Shown in pieces: positions 37,501 to 47,391 of a stretch of 64,000 bases of DNA (position 1 is the first letter of the stretch; every line of letters begins with the position of its first letter). The DNA comes from Gonapodya sp. JEL0774 (taxonomy: Eukaryota): the NCBI GenBank assembly GCA_027604505.1, contig JADIIX010000030.1, forward strand, positions 1 to 64,000, read 5' to 3'. A program made the position numbers and the translations under genes. A model generated the notes under the pieces. That model saw nothing but the letters and a program-made list of their open reading frames with translations, was not told the origin of the DNA and did no database searches.

Positions 37501-39930
37501 ACTCGCACAAGCTCTTTAAGAAGCTGGAAGCAGATCTGCCTTGTAGGAATAGACTTGCCCGAAATTTGCTTCGCGACGGATTTCGAAAGCTTGGGAACCA
37601 GCGCGCCTAGGAGCGCACGTGGACTGAGGGCGACGAGATAACCGTGGTTCGTACGCGTTCTCAGTCAGCGTTGATTCTTGACGAGGCCACTTCCCACAAA
37701 ACACTAGCTCACCTCTGCTCATCCGTCTGCATTCTGTCACCACCATTTGCTTTCCTCCTTTTGTTGCCTCTTCCATCTTCACTCCCTCGCAAAACAACTC
37801 CCACATCAACGTCTCCAGTCTGCCTCACAAGTGACAAAAAAGTTGACAGCACATCAACCCTTACTCCTTCTTCCCGCTCCGCAAATCTGCGCACCAACGC
37901 GGGAGCAACGGTAGTATATATCTCACGGAGTAATGTTGCGTCGGCAGACCGTGTCGCGACAATCGCTGCGAGGACACGCGACGCTGACTTGCGTACTTTC
38001 CAACTCAAATCATCATCGTCCGAGTAATCCTGGTCATCATCAAGGCCATCGTCCTCATCATCTGCATCCATATCGGTATCGCCCTCTTCTTCACCTTCCT
38101 CATCTTCATCCTCATCCCCGGCGTAGTTAGGATCGTACTTAAGATACTCAAGGGAGAGGGAAATTATAGAGGAGATGTGGGGAGTAATCTCGGATGGGCA
38201 ACGAAGAACGAGTGATTCGAGGGTCTGGCGACATTTTCGTTCGGTTGGATGTTTGAAACGAGTTAGAAGGCACGAATTCGTTCGCGCCAATATTTCTACT
38301 TTAAATGCGACGCAAGCTTTCCCCCGTTGACAAAGATCACCCACCTGTAAACAGATCTCTCTTAATTCGTCATCCTCCATGGCTGCATATTTGACTACAA
38401 GTGGAACCACCACATCTAGGTGCGCTCCCATTTTTGGAGCGGAGTAACGGCTTACGCAATTGGATAATGCGCCTAATCATGTCAGTGTCTTGCAGCGATA
38501 TGTGAGACCGCGTTGCAAACAAACCTCAATACTCCTAGAGCTTGTACCACAGTCCTCAGTCTTTCCCAGTCACCTTTTCGCTCCTTGTCAGCTCCTCGCG
38601 CAACCAAGCCGGTAACCATGTCCGCGAATTCCTTCTCGCCCTCGTTGCCAACCAAGACTCCTAGAGCCAGAGCGGCCCGCTTGCGGACAGCGGGGCGGGT
38701 GTGATCGAGAAGGGGGAGTAAAGACTCCCGGATGGGGACGAGGAGGGGTTGCAAGGCCGGGCCGAATCGTGCGAGGAGGTCGGACAAAAGGTCAAGAACA
38801 TCCATAAGTATTTCGGGTGAGCCCTAGGAAACGAGTTACACACGTTGGAGAAGGGAATATAACTGTATTGCAGTGCGACCCAACTAACTGTCTTGAGCAG
38901 TGCAACGAACTTGGGCGCCAACCTCCTTGCCATAGACACAGCCGTTGCTTCTCGCCTTTCCCTCTCCTTCTCCTTCACTCCCGCACTTGAGCTTGTACCA
39001 GGAATCGTCGTTGATTCAGAAGCGAGGGGAATCTCTGCAATAACAGTCTTGAGTCCAATTGAAGCGATATCGCGGAGCTCCTCTCGTGTCTTTTGGACCA
39101 GGAGGTCGCAGAGCCGGTCAGAAATATCAGAGATAGAGGAGTCGCGAGACTTCTTAACCAGGGGAGCGAGACTATGAGTGTTAGCGGGGGTGTGCCAAAA
39201 TTTTGAAAGTGGTTACTGATGAGAACCTCCCTTCGACAACAACCTCACTAGAGCTTCCGTTTTCCCACCAGTGGTCAGAAACAAACAAAGCCTGAGCCCT
39301 GTTCCCACTTTCCAGGTGTCTTTCCAAATATTGTCAAACACGAAACATACCATTTTACTGCGACGTTCTGCACCTCCCCATTGACATCCTCGATGAGCTT
39401 CAAAATAGCTTGAACAACTTTTCGTTCATTTGAATCATCCAAGACAAAATTTGGCTGGGAAAGTGCAGCAGCCATGTCCGTGGCGGCCATATACCGGAAA
39501 TCGGAGTCCGAGGAGGACATCTGACCATGTTTGGCGGGGAATGACAGTGAAGAGGAAGAGCACAGAGGTTGAAAATTTGGAAATCAAAAGCACAGAAATC
39601 AAGAATTAAATTCCAAAGCGTTTCCGCTGCGTACCCAAAAGAAACCAGGGGAAATAACTTGATGCTGGTTGAATTGAACATTCAACCAGGTTGGTTCCGC
39701 CTCTGCTCATCCGGTCCCTCAGATACCTCAGGTTGACAAGCATCGATAATGTAGCGGTGATTGTCATCCGCTTCCCAATTCTTGTCATCCATTTCATCAC
39801 TTGCTGCTTGCAACAGTCGCTCCTCCCCTTCAAACACCATGAGCTGAATACTGCGCACTGCCAACTCCCGATCCCCGCGCACCTTGTCGAGAAGCGTCGC
39901 CACCATGTATGGTTGTGTGTTGGACGACAT
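34501..39930 (-). CDS. CAND1: Cullin-associated NEDD8-dissociated protein 1 (TIP120), HEAT repeats
   Basis: Motifs MSSSDSDFRYMA, NGEVQNVAVK, YLKYDPNY, DDDDLSWKVRK, EEGTRNVVAE and VEMGPFKHRIDDGLDIRKLAYECMYTLL. Confidence 0.97.
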
Positions 39931-40573
39931 ATTCGGAGATGCGATTGGTGAAGAGTGGGGCAGGTGGGCCAAACTGATGTCGCCCAGACACCTCACAATT
40001 AAATTTATTAGTTCATTGCACACAGCATATGGGGACTTTCACGAAAAGGTAGTTCGGAGAACGTGGGTAAAGCTGAAAGATAGAAACCAGGAGTTTTCCA
40101 AATCACTTCGGATCGACGATTGATTGCCATAGCCATCTGATTTCTATTTTCCTATCACATTATCTAAGTGTAGCAATGTACTATTCTGATGTGTATTCCT
40201 TGCTAACATATTCATAGCGCCCTCCGTATGACGTGTTTTGCGGCGTGGGAGTTCCATCAGCCTGGCTCCTTGTTGAGGTCAGCACAAACATCTTTAACTC
40301 CTGTAAATCGAGGCTCGTTGAGTTTCCCGAATACCGAAACGATCAATATTGCAAATGCCACACTCGAAACTTACCAAGCGCCGCTGGAGCGAAGTTGTCG
40401 TGGAGATCGACGTTCCCGCAGCAAAGAGGTTGCCAGGCCGGGGACATCGCGGCTCCCCTAGAATCCAAAAGCTGAGAGACTACTCCCCATTGCCTGTAGT
40501 CGATACTGCGTCTGTATTGAGCCTGAGCGCGACGGATCGACTTGGCAACTTCAACCAGCAGAACCGAATCAAC

Positions 40574-41532
40574 ATGCACAATGAGTATCGCAATATCTCT
40601 CAAGGCGCTGCTTCTAGTGCACATAGTCTACTCGGTCAAGAACTCAATCGATCACCATCGCTATCTGGCCCTCTTTCAGTTCCAGGCCAGATTGCCTCCA
40701 AACCTCACAATCAGTCTCCCGATCTCTCCCATTATCCTCCTATATTTGGAACACCCGACTCAGATTTTTCCCTTTTGACTTCGCTATCCCCAGCTGAAGT
40801 TGCCGCTGCTCTTGATGCTGATTTGGTGCATGAAATGGCAAAAGTTATGGAAGGGCTTTGCGCAGATCAACGTATCTCGGGATCAGTTTCTGGAGGGGCA
40901 AACGATGCAGCAACCAAGTTTAATCTCTGAAGGACAGATATCGCTGAACGTGTGCAGGTATGGGAGGGAAGACGGACTCGAGATTGCCTCGGTGGCCTTC
41001 ACGAAGTCTGAGACAGATCTCGAGAGCCTCGGTGAGATGTCCACGGAAACGCTAATTTCGGACGATAAAATGGAAAAGAACTGTGATTGTAAGCGGGGAG
41101 ATGCCCATGCAAGAGCATCCACCAAGCTCACAACGGTCACAAAATTATGACAAACCCACACAGGATCATCAACATGAGGTCCGGGTGGTTGTTAGTGGCT
41201 CAGGTTATGCTTTTAATGACACGAATGAGCAGAGGGCAGGATCTCAGGAGACTTTCGCTCTTGACATCTCTCAAAGCATCCCTTCCAATGCATGTTCGAT
41301 GAAAGAGAAGCCGGAAGTTCCGCAACAAAGGTCCGACTCCAGCGCGAAAACTGTTTTGACTCAAGGTGAAGACCGTAAGATCTCCACAACTACAAGCCAC
41401 CAGTACCATGTTGGGGCGGGAGATGCAACCGGTAGGTACATCCACGATTGCTTAGTCCGTTGCGATTTATCCCTGCCCACACCAATCTTGGCTCCATCGC
41501 TGCGCTCTCCTCACGCCGGATTGTCTTTCTGA
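40574..41532 (+). CDS. Possible spliced hypothetical protein; structure unresolved
   Basis: Consecutive ORFs (40349-40930, 40800-41150, 41083-41532) with candidate GT/AG sites, divergent from CAND1. No recognisable domain. Confidence 0.3.
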
Positions 41533-42241
41533 CCTGTTCATCTGTATCCTCCCTCCTGGAACTCTTCACAGCATCTCCGGGCGTTGCAATTTCACAGTGG
41601 TCCACCAAATCACCAGCGCATTTCTAGTAGGTTTTCTACGATGACTCCCTCGTTTTGCTTTGCGGACTCTGAGTTCTAGAGCTCCACTCCGTAGTCTAGC
41701 ATTTTAAGACATGATAACGACGTGGGAAACTCCGATGAACCCTAAGCTTCCGACAGACTGCTTATTTCAAGTTGCGAATATTCATCGTGGAATCATGAGG
41801 ATACTTTGTGTTTGAAGCGGGAGGTGTCGTTCTGATGTTGCAACCGCTGTGCTGTAGTTTGTCTCATCATTCCACCTTCATTCTTTCCACTAAAAATGAA
41901 GAGACGCATTTACAATCACATTGCTTTCGGGAATGGAAGAAAGAGAGAAACATATCTGGTACCCAGAAACTTCATTCGTTTATGATCATGTGGTGGGGAC
42001 AGAGCGTGAGGGTAACATATCAGAAAATAGTCGATACCTGTTCATACGCCAGTAGTGAATACACACCGAATACAGCTACTGTATTTCGCGAGTTTTGTTT
42101 GTCCATATTTTATTGAACTCAGGCAGCTCTGTACAAATGTATGTAAAGTTGGGCTGGGACGAAAAAAGGGAACCTTGCGCCGCACGGACGAAATCCTGCT
42201 CCAGCCCCACAACCGAGCCCATTCAGCTTCCAATATTTAAA

Positions 42242-42988
42242 ATGAGCTCGCCGCTCATCCGTTCCCCGATGAAGCAAACTGCGAACAAAATGCCGCCGGC
42301 GCGCCGCTCGATTCCCCCCCCGACCCGCACACCACGAACACAGACAGCATGCTCTTCTTCTGCTCCCGCCGCAGAGCCGCCATCGCGACGAACTAATCCG
42401 GTCCCGCGCTCATTCAAATCTCACACCTCAGTGCCGGTGACTCCGACGATGCGAAAGCCCGCTCCAAAGACACCAAAGACCCAAACCACCACCACAGCGC
42501 CATCAAGGGGAGTATTGGAACCCGCAAAGAGAGAACCCTTCACCTTCTCTGGAAGAACATCTACGACGACAAAGAGCATGCCGCAAAGCCGGGCCGCGTC
42601 TTCAGTTGCGACCACACCTTCAATCGCACATAAGAAATCTCTCGCGAAGAGCGTTCAACTTCGCCCTCTCCCACCCATCGAGCCATCCGCTCCTCTCCGA
42701 ACCCCACGGACGCCGCAGACGCCCCCGCCCATTGTTGTATACACGATACCCCCACCGGCGATTGCCCTTCCCACTCCAACATCGTTTCGGAACCTCGCCC
42801 ACCGAGCTCAGGCAGCTCTCGTTTCCCGCTTGCCGGTGCGGGTTAGACCCCGCGCGCAATCCGAAGGTGGTCACAAATGCCCTGCGAGGGATCCGAAAGA
42901 CTGTGAATGTGAAGAAGAGAGGTTGAGAAGGGTTGAGGAATTGAGACGTGAGTTTTGCTCTTGGAAGAAGCCCATTCATCGCTCGTGA
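42242..42988 (+). CDS. Intronless Pro/Thr/Arg-rich basic protein, possibly TPX2-like microtubule-associated protein
   Basis: 248-aa ORF with PxSF/PF motifs and a C-terminal EEERLRRVEELRREFCSWKKPI reminiscent of the TPX2 C-terminal domain. Confidence 0.55.
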   Translation: MSSPLIRSPMKQTANKMPPARRSIPPPTRTPRTQTACSSSAPAAEPPSRRTNPVPRSFKSHTSVPVTPTMRKPAPKTPKTQTTTTAPSRGVLEPAKREPFTFSGRTSTTTKSMPQSRAASSVATTPSIAHKKSLAKSVQLRPLPPIEPSAPLRTPRTPQTPPPIVVYTIPPPAIALPTPTSFRNLAHRAQAALVSRLPVRVRPRAQSEGGHKCPARDPKDCECEEERLRRVEELRREFCSWKKPIHRS

Positions 42989-43712
42989 CTCTATCCAAGT
43001 GGCTCAACGTTCTTTCGTTACTTGGCTTGGATAACAGGCTTCCTTATGCTTATCTTGCCTGAACAGTGCGTTGCGCGGTCAGACAAGTTACCCGCGGACT
43101 TTTGATTCAGTCAAGGTCGGCGGAAGCGGGCACACGGGTCAAATGGGTAATGGACTTTTCTTCAAAGAATGACATGGACTTGACGGTGACGAGGACTTAT
43201 TGGGCGGTACTCTCGAATCGGACACTATAATTTCAACACCCCAGCACTACGAAAATCCCGATTCGCATGCAACCCCTTTGGATCGTGCAATTCCATTTTT
43301 CATTGCTTTCCGTTTTGCAAATACTGGATAATTGCTTTACTTCCTTTCCTTGTTGTATTGGACTGCATTCGGGATATGTGTTCCGCTGCATTATGCTTAC
43401 CTTCATATGCGTAGTTTGTACTCGTTGTGTCTGAACAATAATGCACATGAAAGCGTTCACCTCCACTTCTCGATCGATCTTGGACTGACGAATGCGGCAA
43501 AAAAATTGGTGGAGATAGTGTTTCCAAGTACGCGGCCGGGGATCTTAAGAAAAATCTGAGGTTGTCAGCCCAGAGAAGGAGCGGGTGGGCGGGGTGAACA
43601 AAGCTGCGGGGGCCGGACGACAAGGCGAGGGTGAGCGTGAGTTGGGAGGGCGTGGTCAGACCGATGAGATAATAAGGGCCACCCTTGCACCTCACTATGG
43701 ACGGGCATCAGT

Positions 43713-43845
43713 GAATTCTGGGGTGTCCCATATGGGATGTCACCTCCTTGGGGTGTTTCGCCACAACCCCAAACGAAACTGATGGGGTGGTTTGGGGTGG
43801 TGCATTTTACAAATCTGGGGTGGTTTTTTAGAATTCTGGGGTGGT
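43713..43845. repeat. Cluster of six TGGGGTG direct motifs (two within GAATTCTGGGGTG); possible transposon subterminal remnant
   Basis: Motifs at about 43719, 43749, 43783, 43793, 43816 and 43837. Confidence 0.6.
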
Positions 43846-44247
43846 TCCAAAAATGAGTTTGGTGACATGGCCGGCGATGCTGAATATATACAGTAGAAAT
43901 GCTTTGCGAGCTCCATTACAGCCATTTGAGTAGATATCAAGTACTTAATTATGACGTTGGGGACCAATTCAATTTGACATTTTTTTTCGTGTTTGCTTGG
44001 ACAGCCGATATCACGCCAATAGGCGGATTCCTGCATGATTCCAAGACCCCAGCAATGCATCAGTAGATTGTTGTGGAGCGCTACAGATAGGTACAGTCAA
44101 CTTATGTTCATTCACGTGACATCGGAAGTTGATGAATACTCATTTGTGGGGACGAAGACCCGCATGTGGATTTTTGGGCGGGCTCAAGCGACAAGCTGTG
44201 GCCGGGGGACGGTGCACCTGGGTCACAGGAGCTCCATTCTCTAGCTT

Positions 44248-44346
44248 CGTCCTCGTCGTCGCGCCGACTCACACTAGGAGCTCGCAGGTATGCACTCTCG
44301 AGCCCCGTCCTCGTCGTCGTGCCGACTCATACGAGGCGCTCGCAGC
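44248..44346. repeat. Two imperfect direct copies with 58-bp period
   Basis: cgtcctcgtcgtcg(c/t)gccgactca...gctcgcag at 44248 and 44306. Confidence 0.85.
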
Positions 44347-44774
44347 GGTGTCGCAAAAACTCACCCGCCCGTCCCTTGGTGGGGTTTGTATTGTCTTTGT
44401 GTTCTTCTTTGTGTGGAGTTGTTTACGGTTTCATTTGTCTTTCTTCTTCTGTGTGTTGAGGGTTGCAGTTTGGACTTCTTCAGCTTCATTTTGCTTTGCT
44501 TTGTATTTTGTCTTTCTCTGATTACAATAGCGGGGAGATCTCTTCTCTTCTCTTCTCCTCTCGCCCTCGTCTGCGGCAACATTATCGTGCGATAGTAATA
44601 GGAGTGGGATCTGCACAACTGCGGTGCCTTGAGCCTCCGGACCCGACCGCAGCAGTGCCACGAGTGGTGTGGCAAAGTATCCGAAGCAGGGACCACCAAT
44701 ATGGAGACTTGAATCCTTGCCACTCAGAAGCTAGGGCACCAGTTCTTAGACTAAACCCACACTATACTCTGTCG

Positions 44775-45068
44775 ATGCCATCAGTCAACGACTCAAGTTG
44801 CTCCGATTCCCTGTCGTCTTCGGCAAAATCTTCGAGCCCCTCCTACCCTCTTACAAGTTCCTCTCCCAATGAATCCGATGCATCGTTGGATGACCCGTAC
44901 ACTGCCCGTATCCGTAAGACAGGCTGCTACGACAAAAATGAGCGACTTCTCCTGTGCTATGCCGATAATGGGCGGGACTGGCGCAAATGTAAAGTGGAGA
45001 TGGACCTGTTCAGGACTTGCATGGAACGATGGACTAAAAGCAAGGAAGGGGAAGGAGCTAAACAGTAA
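44775..45068 (+). CDS. COA4: Cytochrome c oxidase assembly factor 4 (twin CX9C)
   Basis: DDPYTARIRKTGCYDKNERLLLCYADNGRDWRKCKVEMDLFRTC has two CX9C motifs with the KTGC...DWR signature of Coa4/Cmc3. Confidence 0.9.
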   Translation: MPSVNDSSCSDSLSSSAKSSSPSYPLTSSSPNESDASLDDPYTARIRKTGCYDKNERLLLCYADNGRDWRKCKVEMDLFRTCMERWTKSKEGEGAKQ

Positions 45069-45324
45069 CAATGCGGGCGGCCTGTCCAGAGGCTTCCAGC
45101 ATCCGTGTTGTGAAGGTGGTCTGATACGTATACTTTACGGCTTTACGAATTATTTCTTTGGAAGCAACCTGTATTTTGAACTCCATCATTGTGTTTACGG
45201 AAAGGATTTCCCTCATCAGGACTCAATGGAATCGAGTAGTTTGTCCCGCCGACTCAAGAGTGTCGAGCGAGGGGCAAGTCCTCCAAGTGTATTACATACA
45301 CAAAATCCATTTTACTCTCCACAC

Positions 45325-47070
45325 TTATGCGCCTCCTCCCACCCTTTCTATTGCCGCCGCCACTGCACCCTGCGTGATTTGTCCCAAATTTCCGGAGAAG
45401 AGGGTTTCGGAGAGGATGTCGGTAGTGAGGGACCGGAACCTCAAAAAAATATTTTAGTCGAAGACGCGAACCAAGGAAAACAGCAATTTCATGAAAGACA
45501 AATTCTCCCCAAGTGTCATTACCCCTTTCTCACTCACCATTCTCGTTGTGAGTCCGATAGCTTAGGCTGCTCCTGGCCATCTTTACTTGTTACAATCTTG
45601 ATGCTTTCGAATTCACGCTGGATACGCGGTTGATGGCGCGATGTGATCGAGGAGGCGGAGGTAAGGGATTGCTGGTTTGTGTGAATTGGTAATTGCGATT
45701 GATGTACGCGTTAAGGGCAGTTATCATGCCGTAAGAATGCACATGACGGGTCACATAAGAGGATTCGGGGCAGAGTTCGGGAACACATTCATCAATTAGA
45801 CTGCAGTTGTTCCACACCAGACAAAACGCCCGAAGTCACGTCCACACACCAACCCCACCCCCAAATCCCCGTAATCAACCCACATATAACAACGCCAGCT
45901 GGTGCGCCATGTACTTGTGGTTATCCAAGTTGACGTCTGCCCGCAGCTGGAGAGACATGGCCACCACTTGGTTCAGCGCCGAAGCAGAGTGGTAATGGGC
46001 TGCACGAGATCGACAATTAAGTGACGGTGTCTTCCCCATGAACCACGACAGATGAACCCTAAACGGATACTGACATTTAATATCACCCCTACCCGCCACT
46101 ACCATCAACCCCGCACCCTGGGATTGCCCTGCTGATGCTGGATTCAATTTCGACACCGGGGAAGAAGAGTTCTGATCCGCGGGCGGAGCGGGAAGACCGA
46201 GGTGACGGGTCAGTCGGGGGAAGAGGGGTGTGAAACTAGGTTGAAGGTACGCCTTGAATGGAGAAGAAGGTGATGAGGGACAGTCCCCAGAGGAAGATTG
46301 GCTTCAAAAGATTGCCTGCTCCGAGGTGGGCGCACAATCTGAGAATGAACAGCCGCGTCTTCGAAGTCCGTGTGACTAGCATTATAGACATAGCACAATC
46401 AAACCAACTCTCTGTCGGTGCCACGGGCGGGACAACTTGTTCACTCTCAACCGCTTGCCATCTCTGCTGTGGTCGCCGTTCAACTTCCTTTCATATTCTG
46501 AGACTATCAGAGTGATCCCGAGGGCCTCCCTCTCGACTACATCCGCCCACTGCCCACGGCGTTCGTGGAAACACTCAAGAGGCGCACAACAATACGAGTA
46601 CACACCTCAAGTGTCACGCCTTCCGAGAGTTTTTCGACTACAGTCCGCATTTCTGCAATAAGCGAGGCGGTTTGGGAGCGAAGATGAGAAAGATCGGTCG
46701 GGTCTGGCTAAACGACAAAAGGGAAGAGTAGGTTTTGTGTGAACAAAAGCCAACGTAGTTTTTGGTACGGGAGTGAGGAGCACCAAAACTCCATAAAATC
46801 GTGAACTGCGCGGTGTTGTTCAACTCCATAAATGAGTTGTTCCGACTTCCTCATTGGTACTGTCTCAAATACGGACAATCCTTACTCGAACATACGTACT
46901 GCGTCTGTTACATTAGCTTCTCTCGTGAGAATGAACTCTGCAAGTCCACCAAGGTTTATGATCTGTAATGCAACTCTTCGAGCGACCGAACCAGACTTCA
47001 AGAGTGGATCGTGGATGTGGAGATGGACTTGAAGAGACCCGGTTGCGATAAGAGTTGAATCAAAATCCAT
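45325..47070 (-). CDS. Multi-exon hypothetical alpha-helical protein
   Basis: The 3' exons splice in frame: SALNQVVAMSLQLRADVNLDNHKYMAHQLALLY|QSLTSASS...RIQREFESIK...LSDSQREW|FRSLTTDIL...GA*. The middle exons are only partly resolved. Confidence 0.7.
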
Positions 47071-47391
47071 GGATATTCGATTCAAAGAACGGAAAGCAAG
47101 TACCTGCGAATGAATTGGGGAGAGCTGGGACGGCATACAGAGGTGGAGAATCGCTGGCAGCACCAAGAATGTGAACAACACACATTTGGAAAATGGCAGC
47201 TTCAGCGCAAGGTCCTGCAACGAGTTATGGTTACTCTCTCGTCTCTCGTGTTTCTTACCGGAATAGCATCTGGAGAATCTGGAGAAGAACTAATCATGAA
47301 CGAATGTGCACTCGTGTCGGTTCCACACCCGCCACAAATACAGTGTACAAAACCCAACTTTACTTGGCAGGATTCCCCAATTTTCTCTGCC

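Noticed and set aside
40900..40960. In-frame TGA as selenocysteine or readthrough (some early-diverging fungi encode Sec)
   Set aside because: There is no redox motif or selenoprotein similarity, the TGA can fall inside a plausible intron, and no convincing SECIS was found here or after other genes.
43300..43480. Small minus-strand spliced gene
   Set aside because: Splice-like signals exist, but the joined peptides are short, have no clear start and show no recognisable similarity.
45730..45800. C/D snoRNA in an intron of the hypothetical gene (TGATGA present)
   Set aside because: There is no downstream CTGA D box at a suitable distance.
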